Of a DNA stretch of 64,000 nt, positions 25,881 through 36,869 are shown in pieces (positions within the stretch are counted from its first letter, which is position 1; every line of letters begins with the position of its first letter). The position numbers and the translations under genes were made by a program. The notes under the pieces were generated by a model. That model searched no databases. It was not told the DNA's origin and saw only the letters and a list, made by a program, of their open reading frames with translations. Source of the stretch: Vicugna vicugna (lineage: Eukaryota); assembly GCA_013265495.1 (NCBI GenBank), contig MU059903.1, positions 496,001 through 560,000 on the forward strand, written 5' to 3'.

Positions 25881-28800
25881 CTGGCAAAGACATGAATTAA
25901 ACTGTCCTCAAAAGCTTATTCAGTTGTCAGTCAATAAGCACTACGTCATTACCTACCTGCCATTCCCAGCTCACCGCAGAGTCAGGAGGACAGAAGGTGG
26001 CTAGCTAAGAAGACAGACCGCTGTGTGGCCTCAAGCACACCCTCAACACAGAGCTGTGCAAACAGCTTAACTGTCCCTCTGCCTGAACCTAGGTGGAAGG
26101 CGGTACCTGGGTGGGGCTGCTCATCCCCCGGGAAAGGACTGTGTATTTTGCCTTGTTTCAATTAGTTCTTAGACCTGCATCAGGAAGTTTTAAGTTTACA
26201 CATGAACACATTCTAGTTACTTTAACAGTATTCTTAAATATTCTTTTGTATGAAATCTCAATCACAACCTTAGCTAAAAATCTAGAAGAGAACTGAGAAG
26301 ACAAAGAAGTTTAATAAAAGAATTTGTCCTTCAGAAACACACAGGACAGACGAGCATTTCAGAAATACATAAGGCAATTTCCTTTTCAAAGCCTCACCCT
26401 GACTCCTCAGCCCACAGGCCAGCTGATGGCAACACCGGAGAGCCCGCCAGGCACCCCTCTGCACTCTCTCTCAACATTAAAGAGAAAATGAAAACTTCAT
26501 CACTCCCACAAAGGGAAACTGGCACCTTTGCAAACAGCCTCGAGACGCTTCCAGCCCAAGTTCCCTCTGGTACCGGCGGCCCCAGGCTGCCCCTGGCCAG
26601 AGCAAGCTGGAAGGCAGCACTGCGAGTGTCTGAGGTTTTCAACTTGTGTTTCCTATTCTGGCAGCTTTTCTTTCACATCCTCCTTCAAAAGTCCAATGCA
26701 GGAAATCCTGAGCGGGTCACACTTGCTTTGGTTTACTGTGTACCCAGAAATGTGGGCACTGCCGACGATACAAGAGGGAAAAAAGAAAACATGTATCTGG
26801 AAGGTTTCCATTTTCCTGAGGGAAGAGACAAACACGACAGGCACAGGCAGTCATAGGGCGGACTGCAAAGGGCGCCCATGTCCCCTGCTCCTAGCAAGGG
26901 GGGACGCCGTCGCGGAGACCATGGGCGGCAGTGCTCAAACCCTCGCACGCCCCACCTCTGACCTAACGCACCGCCTTGCAGGGACTCTCTCCTCGAGAGA
27001 TAATCAAGGATGAAAGATGTTGTACAGAAATGTCCATCACACTGTTCACTGTTCACAGCACTAAAAACTTAGAAACAACGATGGGGATCAGTACCACAAA
27101 CCACGAGGAAGCTGTTAAAAATAAGTAGACAGTTATTTAACGTGAGAAAACAGTCTGCATCTAGTTAAAGCAGGTCATAAAACAGTATGTACCCTATGAT
27201 GTCATGGATATTCTAAAAACATATTTACCTATGTGCAAAGGGGGAAAGACAGACAAATATATACTATTTTAACACTGCTTATCTCTAGACGGCATTATTA
27301 TACAATTATTTTCTTCTCACATTTCTCTATTTCCTGAATCGTATATAATGAATGTGGGGACAGATTTTTTTGGAAATACGTAACAATGTATTCAAACTAC
27401 CAAACAGAATGATACTTATGATGGTAATAGCTACTACATACTCAGCACCTAAAACTGTCCTAAGCGCCACATGCACGCCGCCCCCTTTGCAGGCGGGGTT
27501 CAGGCCGCTGTGATGCACGCCTGCCAAAGCAGCAATGGGATTTCATTGGCAACCACCAGGCAGTAAGAAAGACCCTGAAAGTCCAAGACAAGAGACCTTC
27601 ACGACAGGTCCAGACCGCGGTGGGAGAGCGCGCCCAGCTGACCACTCAGCGCCCACCAAGGATGACCTGCTCGACACCACGATTCCTGGGAAGTGATAAA
27701 ACTCAGTTTTCTGTGAAAAATTACTCTAAGATGCCAAGTGCCACTAATGGTGACACAGGGAGAGAGGTCTCAGAAAGTAATGATTGTTAGCTAACAGACA
27801 CAAATGTTAAAAACAAGTGGAAAATAAGACATCAAAGGCAGCCAAGACACATCTGTGACGTGAACAAGTCCACCCCTCACCCTGCAAAACAAGCCCCCAA
27901 GACAAAGCCCTACTGAAAGCCCTGGGAGAGAAGTCAGAACGCTCCCTCCCAAGCCGTCCTGCAGACGAGGGGACGGCCTTCCGCGGGCTCAAGCACAACT
28001 AAACAACCGGGGAAGCACCCCCGACCCGAAGCCGCCTTCTCTGGCTCACCCGTGGCCACTGAAGACACACGTTAGTTCGCAGGTGTTGACAGCTTACCTA
28101 ACGACAGACGCAAGTGCAAAGCGAGCAGCTGCAACCCCGAAGCAGAGGGCACCTCCCCTCCAGGCAGGCCAGGCAGCAAGGCCGCCCGCAGCGGCAGGAG
28201 GAGCACCTGACTCGGGTCCAGAGACAGGCCCGCAGCCCAGCCTGGCCCCTACCAGCCAAGCAGCCTGGCCACACGGCCAGGTCGGCCTTTCTGTTTACCC
28301 CAGCCCCGAGGCTCTCACGTCCACGCCCGCTCCCCAGGGCCTGCTGAGCCTACAACCTCTGGAGATGGGTTCACACATCAGTATTTCTTAAAAAGCCGAA
28401 CAGCAGATCCGTGGCCGGCGTTCATGTGTTTAACGGTGAGAACTAGTGAGCTAGGCTGCGTTTCGTTCCTGTAAAACGAGGGTTGTGATACCTTAAGAAA
28501 CTAAGGAGCCAACTACAGCACAGGAAAGTCCTCCAGAAAGCGTTACAAGTAACCAAAGCCCGGCAGGACACTAAGGACTGAAGTCAGGGGCCAGGCGGAG
28601 ACTCTGAGAAACTAAAAAGGCAGAACTCGGTCAGCATGAACAACATTCTCTCACAGTGTTGCCTGTGCATCTAGGACAAGCTCTGCCCTTGCCACGTACA
28701 CCAGGCAAACACGGGTTTCTAAATGTAACATCCACAAGCTGGATGGAATCACAGCGCCTGGCTCCTTTACCAGTAAACTTAACTTTTCAGAAGTTCCTAC

Positions 28801-29458
28801 TTTAATTACCTAGACATAGTTCTAAACGGGGTCATCTTTACGTAAGATCTTACCTTATACACCTTTAAGAACATGGGGAAAAAACCTAAATTCTAATCAA
28901 ATTCCATACTATTTAAGGAGATTTTAAAAAACCAAGTAAGATGCTTACTGGGTAGCCAAAAAAAAAAAAAAAACCACAAGAAAAATGAACAGGTCATTGA
29001 AGTTACATGTGCTGTTTTCCTAAATGCAGTTTTCCAATTTTTAGTTTTTTTTAATTTTCCAAATTTGAAAATGTTTTCAACTTAACACCTAAATTGCTTT
29101 TCAAAGTTTAACAATAAATGCAAAGTATACAACATCCTTTTAAAATTAACACTCCTTTCATAATCAGAACAACTTGTTGGAGGATAATACCTGATTTTCA
29201 ACAATTAAGATGTGTACGCATTAATATAACTGATAAAGTAATAATGATGTTCAGTTCCTCTTTTCCTATAAGAAACCTTAGGATAGTTTATAATGGTGGG
29301 AAACAAGAAAATACATATACCAAAAACAGGTACTCTGTTACAAACCAATTCAGTCTAAAATAACCCTGGAAAAAAGCATCCTGACACTTCCTAGAACAAA
29401 AGCTAATTCAGAACTCAAACTATCAGTTTTCAGAGTCGTGTCCTTAATTTCCAAAGCA

Positions 29459-29488
29459 TTTTATGAAAATGAATTTTATGAAAATGAA
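29459..29488. repeat. 15-bp perfect tandem duplication TTTTATGAAAATGAA x2
   Basis: Direct reading. Confidence 0.85.
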
Positions 29489-29949
29489 GTGTGTAGAGCT
29501 AGAATGTGTTTCAAAAGAGCAAGGTCTTCCTCTCTTTACTCCCTTTCCACGAATTTTTCATTAAAAACATTGGGAAACCACCACTCTATGGTCCATGTGT
29601 GAGGCTATCGTTCGGTGAACAGGCCTATCCCTTCACATCACGGGTTAGTACAAGCCTGGAAGCCCAAGTTGGGTCCATACCATACAGACCTCCTTTGTCA
29701 GCGTAACTAAACAATGTATGAGTTTTTTGATGTGCTTTTTTTTTTCACTTGTTTGAATTTTTTATTACTCTTAGGTAATTAAAAGTTTTAAGTGTGACTT
29801 ACAACCGAACTTGAATGTTAACTAAACTTGTCTCGATTTTAAATTTACTGGAAGAGATTTATTCTTTAAAAATAACACAAAATAAGTCACAATGTTTTTT
29901 TTTAATTTAAAAGGAAATATTTGCTACCAACTACAACTTCAAGGTCATC

Positions 29950-30030
29950 AGTTAATCACAAATATCTACTAAAGGCCTACTGTGTACCAACCACTGTTCT
30001 AGATGCTTGGGATATGTTAGTGAACAAACT
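29950..30030 (-). mobile_element. L2 3' end remnant
   Basis: AAATATCTACTAAAGGCCTACTGTGTACCAACCACTGTTCTAGATGCTTGGGAT. Confidence 0.55.
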
Positions 30031-31339
30031 CTCTTCTAGAACATCTTTAAATAAGCTCTTAATTTTAAAAAATAGTTGCTTATACAGTTTCAGCAGCAGT
30101 CTTTGGAAAACTACGAATGAGGGTTATTTTTACACGCAACTGTCTTTAGAACAATACTTTCTTAAAAAGTCTTAACACTAAAGTTGTCAGACTATAATCA
30201 AAGTGCAAACTGAGTTTCAAATTTACTCTAATGAAAAATAAACAAAACTCCGTAATTTGAAGGGGATAATAAAATTCCATAACAAAGGATGGATTTTTCA
30301 TGAAAAAAGAAAAATCAACAACTGCTACACGCGAAGTATTTACTTTCACAGCCCAACAGGGAAGTTCAACGATAAAGTGACAAAGCCCATCCAGCAGAGG
30401 AAAAGCCCTTTCTGAAATAGTGTCTCCCCAGTTCCTACACAGCTGCATCTCCACTTTGGAATCTCCCTCAAGCATTTGCACTGAGCTGTACACAATATCC
30501 TCGCAGGCATCAAACGCTACCAACTTAATGTTTACAATTATTCAGAAAAACAGTATTTTAATCTCTACCAAACTTCAACCAACTCATAAGCTTTCCATAC
30601 AATCTCCCTCATAGATCTGATGACTTCTAGACTTATTTCCTGAGAAACCTAAGAGACTACCCTTCTAGAATGGGAAACCTTAATGGTTCTGTGGGAGATG
30701 CTTTCATGCACAGTCATCCAGGAGCTAGGTATAATTCATCTCAGTGCTCAGATAAGGAGATAAAGACAGAGAGTGGTAAAGTTGCAGGAGAAAAGGCAAG
30801 ATTTCAACCCCCAACTGATTACAACCTCACTGGCCTGCAATTCCCAAATTAAAAAAAAAAAAAAAGCAGCTAGACTGCTGCTGATCAAAAGCACTACCTC
30901 CGGATTAAGAAAAATCACACATAAAATAAGATGAAAAAGCAAAGAAAGCAGCAGCCACTGAAAGACTGTATTTAACGTAGAGACGAAACTCTAAGCGACA
31001 TGGAAATGACACCACGCCCAGTCCGCTCCCCGAGACATAGATTATTATGTCTGTAACCTAAACACCGATTATCAGAATAAAAACCACCCAATTTCTGGCC
31101 TAAGGAAGGAAAATGAGACTGGGAGGACTGGGGGCCCATTTTCTCTCTCCCAGCTTTGTCTGATCACCGGCTTAGGGTTCTGACGGCTGACCCAGGCCTG
31201 GATGCGGGTCCTCCTAGAATCCTTAGAGCACCGTTAAAGCTGAGGCGGGTACCAAAGAACCAGAGCGCACCGCTGACAAACAACGGTTGCCGAAAACGTG
31301 TTGTCATCCGCACCGTAAGCTACTGGAACCACTTTTCCT

Positions 31340-32190
31340 CTTTGCAGCGGGCAAGATTTGAGGCTCCTCCCTGCCCTGAGGCCGCCTCCCGGCGCCGCCG
31401 CTGCGGGCCGTTACCCCGCGGCCTGCCGCCTCGCGTCCCCGCGCCCCGCCGGCCGCCCGCGCCCCCGCCCCCGCCCGGCCCGCTCACCTCCAGGCGCAGG
31501 GACGCCCCGCAGCCTCGCAGGAACTCGCGGATGTTGCTCAGGCACTCGCCCTCGCTCCGGGGCTCCGGGTAGACCTGCAACACAGAGCACAGACGCTGAG
31601 CGCCGCGGGGAGGCCGCGGACGCGCCCCGAGGCGCCCCCGAGACGGCCCCAGCGGGCGTGCCGGCCCCGCCGGCGACCAGGGCGCGCGGCCCCGGCGGCC
31701 CGGAGCGACCCTGGCCGTCCCCGCGCCCGCCCGCTGGGCCGCCGCCTCTCCTCACCCTTTTTCCTTCCTCCGGGCTGCACCAATCTCAGGCCCCTTCCTT
31801 CACCAGGAAGTGGAGCGGCGCCGGAAGTGACGTCTTCAGACCGCGCCCCGGCCGGCCGACACGCGACCTCTTCCGGTCCCCCGCCTCCCGAACGCGGCCC
31901 ACCCGGCCCGGCGCGCGGCCTCCTCTTCTCCGCACCTGGGGCTCGGCCTCCCTCCTGCGGCACCTGGCGCTTGCCCTCGGGCGCGGCCTCTTGACCTACC
32001 CACGCGCGGACTTTTCCGCCGGCACCTGGCGCTCGCCCTCGGACACGACCCGCCGGGCCCGGCCCACGCGCGGACTCTCGGCAGCTCGCCCTCCGACGCG
32101 GCCCCGGCGGACACAGCCGGCCCCGCCCAAGAGGGGCCCGGAGAGCTCGGCCTCGGCTGCTCGGTGTTCCTCAAGTTCCTCCTCGCCCCT
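31340..32190. promoter_or_regulatory. Internal CpG island around exon 2; probable alternative or bidirectional promoter
   Basis: Dense CpG. Tandem ETS sites CAGGAAGTG (31804-31812) and CCGGAAGTGACGTC (31821-31834, ETS-CRE composite), plus an opposite-orientation CTTCCGG near 31870. Confidence 0.8.
31488..31574 (-). CDS. ARHGEF7: ARHGEF7 coding exon 2; 87 nt, VYPEPRSEGECLSNIREFLRGCGASLRLE (CH domain)
   Basis: Acceptor TTGCAG| (AG at 31576-31575), donor GAG|GTGAGC (31487). In frame with exon 1 and matches the known beta-PIX CH domain. Confidence 0.96.
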
Positions 32191-33246
32191 CTAGAGTGGA
32201 GCTAGAGTTCTAATACTACGATTTTAAATAATTAGCAACGTAAATTATGCATGCTGGGATTAAAGTGCAGTGTTTTCTTTTCCAAGTATAGACCATGTGC
32301 TTCATGAATGATTAACCAAAATAGCCGGTTACTCGTCCGCGAATAGCTGCAGAGAAATCGCGGCAAATGCAGCCTCCACCACAGGAGAAGAGCAGCGAGG
32401 GCTCCTGCAGACCGTCCGGTGCTTGGTCGAAGGCAGAACTGTGAGGGCCACCGGCCACACGTATAAGGAGTTACTGACAGCCTCCCAAGGCAAGAGACTA
32501 AGGAAACCAGGAACAGTACCAATGACAGAACATTCAAGCGAGAAGCTGAGCTCTCAGAAGACCTTTTGTTGTTCCGAAGTACATATGAAGCCTCTATGTT
32601 TGGCAGTTATTACACTAAAGTATCATCCAGAATTAAAGCATTTGAGGACTCTAGACATTTTTGTCCTTCTGACCTCTAGGGGGAAATCACGGTATTCCAT
32701 CAGGGCTCTCAGGAATACTGGTTTCATTTCAAAGTACTCAGGCCTTTTAAAATTACAAAACTAAGCCAGAGCGTTCAGCAGTGCAAAGAGGGAAGAAATG
32801 AGACTTCTTTTTCCTACAGTTTAAAAATTCTTAGAAATGCCAACATTTTTCCCTCCAAATATTGAACAGATCTTTTTCCCCAGTGGAACTTGAGTGGACC
32901 TGCAATACCAAAGCTGCCTTCTAGTCCATTTTACTCCTCCCCCTCAGTTCCTGCATCAGTCAATCTTCATGATTCACAGATTCTGTATTTGCAAACTCAC
33001 CTATTTGATAAAATGTATGTGCAATCCCCAAATCAGTATTTTCCACACCTTCTCAGTCATTTATAGACATGGGGAGAACAAGGAATTTGAATTGCCTTAT
33101 GCATACATTTCCAGCTCAGTCTGAACAAGGCCATGCTCTGCCGTCTTGCTTAACCTCGTGATACAAGCAGGTGTCCTTTTTGCTGTCTACTGATGCCACA
33201 TTTTTCACTTTTTTTTTTCTTTTTCCTGGGGATTTCACTGTTCTAA

Positions 33247-35019
33247 ATGGCCCCCAAGCGCAGTGCTAACGCACTGTCTAGTGTTCCTAAGCGTAAGAAG
33301 GTTGTAATGTGCCTTACGGAGAAAATCCGTGTGCTGGATAAGCTTCATTCAGGCCTGAGTTACAGTGCTGTTGGCCATGAATTCAATGTTAATGAGTCAA
33401 CAGTACGGTACGTCCAGAAAAAGGAAAAGGAGATTCGCAGATCTGTACGTGAAGCTGCTCCAGAAAGTGCCAAAGTAACCTCCATCGTATGTGATGCAGC
33501 TATGGGAAAGATGGAAAAGCAGCTAAATTTGTGGATTCAGGAGATGACAACCAATAGAAAGGGCATAGTGGACAGCGCTGTTGTGAGGCTGAAAGCCAAA
33601 GAAATTTACAGTCATGTTACCCAGGGTCAAGAAAACATTAAACCCTTCTCAGCTAGTGCAGGCTGGCTCACACGATATAAAAGGCGATACCCCATGAAAA
33701 ATGTTAAACTTGCAGGCAAGACAAGTTCCACAGATCAAGAGGCTGCAGAAGAATTTTAAAAATACCTGTTAAGCATTATACATGAAAAGGGTTATACAGA
33801 AGAGCAGGTTTTTAATGCTGATGAAACTGGCTTATTTTACAAGAACGTTGGCAAACGAACCTATGTAATGCAAATGGCCTCAAAAGCTCCTGGCTTTAAA
33901 TCATTCAAAGACTCCGCAACCTTGCTGTTATGTGCAAATGCCAAGGGTGACTTTAAGTGCAAACCCCTCCTGGTACACAGAGCACAAAACCCACGAGCAC
34001 TTAGAGGGAAAAACTTGAACCGTATGCCAGTCCACTGGAGATGGAACAAAAAGGCATGGATGGCGTCTGATATATTCTGGGATTGGTTCCACCACTGCTT
34101 CATCCCAGAAGCTGAACGCTATCTCCATGGCAAAAACCTTGCCTTCAGGGTTTTAATTTTGGATAGTTCCCCAGTTCATTGCCGTGAAGAACTCAAAAAT
34201 GCCCACCCTGACATAGAAGTTCTCTTAATGCCCCCAAACACAGCATCTCTCATGCAACCGCTCAGTCAGGGTGTGATCAAAGCTTTCAAGGCACTCTACA
34301 CCAGGGAGCTTTATAGCAAGGCTTCTGAGGCTCTCAGTGCCAACAAGGGGACCACCATGATGGACTACTGGAAGGCAGTCATTATACGCAATGTTATTGA
34401 CTATGACAGCACAGCCTGGGACAGTATCAAGCAGGCTACCATCAATAATTGTTGGGGAAATGTTTGGCCAGACTGTGTGAAAAACTTTGAAGGTTTTGAG
34501 GGTGTTACGGAAAATATAAAGAACAGTATCAAAAACATAATGCACATTGCACAACAGATAAGTGGAGAAGGTTTCCACGACATGAAGGAAGGAGACATGG
34601 AGGAAATTTTGGCAGAAATGGCCGTAGAACCCACTATCAAAGAGCTGGACGAGATGGCAAAACAAAGCTCTGGAGTCAGCGACAAGGATGGTGGTGGCGA
34701 TCAGCCTGAAGCTCCAAGAATTGTTCCTCTCACAGCAGCCAAAATATCGGAATGGAACTCCGCCTTGGAAAAAATTTTCAATGACGTGAACAAGTGTGAC
34801 CCTGTGTCCGAATGCAGCCTTACATTTAAACGCCTTACCTCCACGGCATTCATCCCTTACGCCGTGATGCTTAAAGATTTGAGGCAACGAGCCAAGCGGA
34901 CAACGCTGAAGCCATTTTTCAAGCCAGTTTGGGAGGGAAAGTTGCTGACAGCATCCACCAGCTGTGAAAGCCAGGCTCCTGAGGGAGAACTGCCAGGTCT
35001 CACGTGCCACCCTCATTGA
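33247..35019 (+). CDS. Near-intact Tigger/pogo (TIGD/CENP-B-like) transposase frame, 590 codons with one in-frame TAA (33757-33759). Status as gene or recent pseudogene unresolved
   Basis: ORFs 33247..33759 and 33868..35019 are in the same frame and the intervening codons are open (KYLLSIIHEKGYTEEQVFNADETGLFYKNVGKRTYV). NLS PKRKKV, CENP-B-type HTH domains, and DDE_1 motifs FNADETG, LILD and QPL(S)QG. Confidence 0.7.
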
Positions 35020-35239
35020 CCTCGTCCTCTCTGCCCAGTAAGTTTCACCACTCTCCCTTGGATTTCATGGGGCAAGCCAGGGTCCAGAGGTTTAACCACA
35101 CCATGTTCACTGCCCCACCACGCATCCCATGGCTCCACCAACAGTAAGGTTTCCATACATTTTAAAATGTTTAATCTTTTCTTAATGCCTTTTTCAGGGC
35201 ATTCTTACATTCCTGTGCGTATTATACAGTATACAGCAG

Positions 35240-35255
35240 GTGTGTGTGTGTGTGT
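35240..35255. repeat. (GT)8 microsatellite inside the Tigger4 3' region
   Basis: Direct reading. Confidence 0.85.
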
Positions 35256-36869
35256 CCTGTGTATATGACGGAAAGCAAGAGTTAAATTAGAACAGTAATG
35301 CTATGGTAGATCACATGATGCTGTAACGGAAATACTGTTTTATTATAAAGAAATATTGCATGTAGTTATTTGTAAAAATATATGTTAAATAGGCCATCTC
35401 TGGACAGAAATGGGCCAAAAACAAGATTATGTAGTCATTCGTTGACCAAATGTTGTGACCTGAGTCCCAGAGCAAACTAACCCTGTGCTTCCCTGGGAAC
35501 AGTGTTTCATTCAGTGGTCACAGTGACTTTGCAGAAGGCAACTACCAATAATAAGAATTGATTCTACATTTGGAATTATTAGTCCACAAAGATCTGATTG
35601 TTATGGTTTCTCTTCTGAATTCACACAACTGTTATGAGTTCACCAATAATGGAAACATATGTTACAGTTTTTGATGAAAAGCATTAAATATAACATGCAG
35701 ATTTTTTTGTGGAAATATATATCTTAATGAGATGTGTAGGGTTTTTTTAATGAGTTCCCTTTCTCCCGAATGACCATGAGTTACTGCGGGAAGGACATGG
35801 CATATACGTTATCTAGTCCTATCCTGAGGTTCTTTATGCAAACACTGAGAAAACTTGTTCATAAAAATTAGTGCATGGAAATGGAAGGAGTTTTGTTTGA
35901 ATGTAACTTGATCCTTTGAAGCCTTCTGAGTTACATAGCCGAAGTCCAGATATAATCTGTCATAAGTAAAAATTTTAGATCAGCTAACATCCTGATTAGA
36001 GTCTCCTTGAATTTCCATGAAAGCTAAGAAGTGGAACCCTGAGCTGCAATGTGCAGTCATCAGAGTCATTCCCCTCCCAGCACCGCAGGCAGTTCCCGCT
36101 GCGCTCTGTGACACGGCCAGGACACCCTCCACCCTGCAGCCCACCCCTCAGGAAGACAAGGGGTGAAGCAAGAGAAGGCCGGCCTGAGCGGGGTGGGTGG
36201 GACAGCTGGGCCAGCCTGACGCTTTCCTCGGTCACAGGCAGCTCCTCGGGCTGGTCACTGTTAGTTGAGCACACACGCAAGCTGAGGACCTGGCAGTGGA
36301 TTCCCTTAAAACTGTCCTGAACTCTCTACCTAAAGCAACACAGCTGTTTGGAGAACTGTAACCTGAAAGAGTCAAGTCTTTGTAGTAAGTAGTTCCTAAC
36401 TGTAACATGCATACTGACCTTGGACAAGCCTCCGGGCCTCTCTGTGTCTACACCCCTGTCCCCAGTTTAAGGTTCACACATTCAGCCTGTGTCACAGGGC
36501 TGCTGGGAGGATCGAATGCATAATAAATGACTTCAATAGTACAGGGCCAGATGACGTGAAGGGCACCATGCCTGCGGAGAAGAGAGCCAGACCCTGCCCT
36601 CACGCAGGAGAACGCACACACGTGACAGGTGCACTCAGGACCATGGAGGCCAGACGGACAGAGGTGTCGCAGCCCAAACGGTGACACCTGAGCTGGGGGG
36701 AAAGGGCCAAGAGGCAGATGGAGCTGCATCTTCAAAGGTGTGATGTTTAAAAAAGCCATCATGTTTTCAAGGGTGGTGAGTACGGAGGGTACCTGAGGCT
36801 GTGGGTGAACCTGCAGTGGAAAAAAAATGCATCTGAGATAGAATGATACCAGAGGAGAGTTTAAAAGCC

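Larger units (their letters stand above)
32957..35564 (+). mobile_element. Full-length Tigger4/Zombi-like pogo (TcMar-Tigger) DNA transposon, about 2.6 kb
   Basis: Degenerate TIRs CAGTCAATCTTCATGATT (32957-32974) and AATAATAAGAATTGATTC (35547-35564), with TA after the 3' end (35565-35566). The 5' and 3' non-coding parts resemble the recalled Tigger4 consensus. Internal transposase frame present. Confidence 0.85.

Noticed and set aside
7197-31487. Orthologue of the human 63-nt alternative exon (LLFPPSQPPQHLVTTILLSAS) between exons 2 and 3
   Set aside because: No matching peptide or sequence was found by eye or in the ORF track. Absence is not proven without an alignment.
31358-32194. 278-aa plus-strand ORF and overlapping ORFs in the CpG island
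   Set aside because: Low-complexity Pro/Arg/Ala/Gly composition with no domain. Expected from stop-codon scarcity in GC-rich DNA.
33748-33765. TTTTAAAAA as a programmed frameshift or readthrough signal bypassing the Tigger4 stop
   Set aside because: The downstream ORF is in the same frame, so a frameshift would not rescue it. TAA-A is not a favourable readthrough context.
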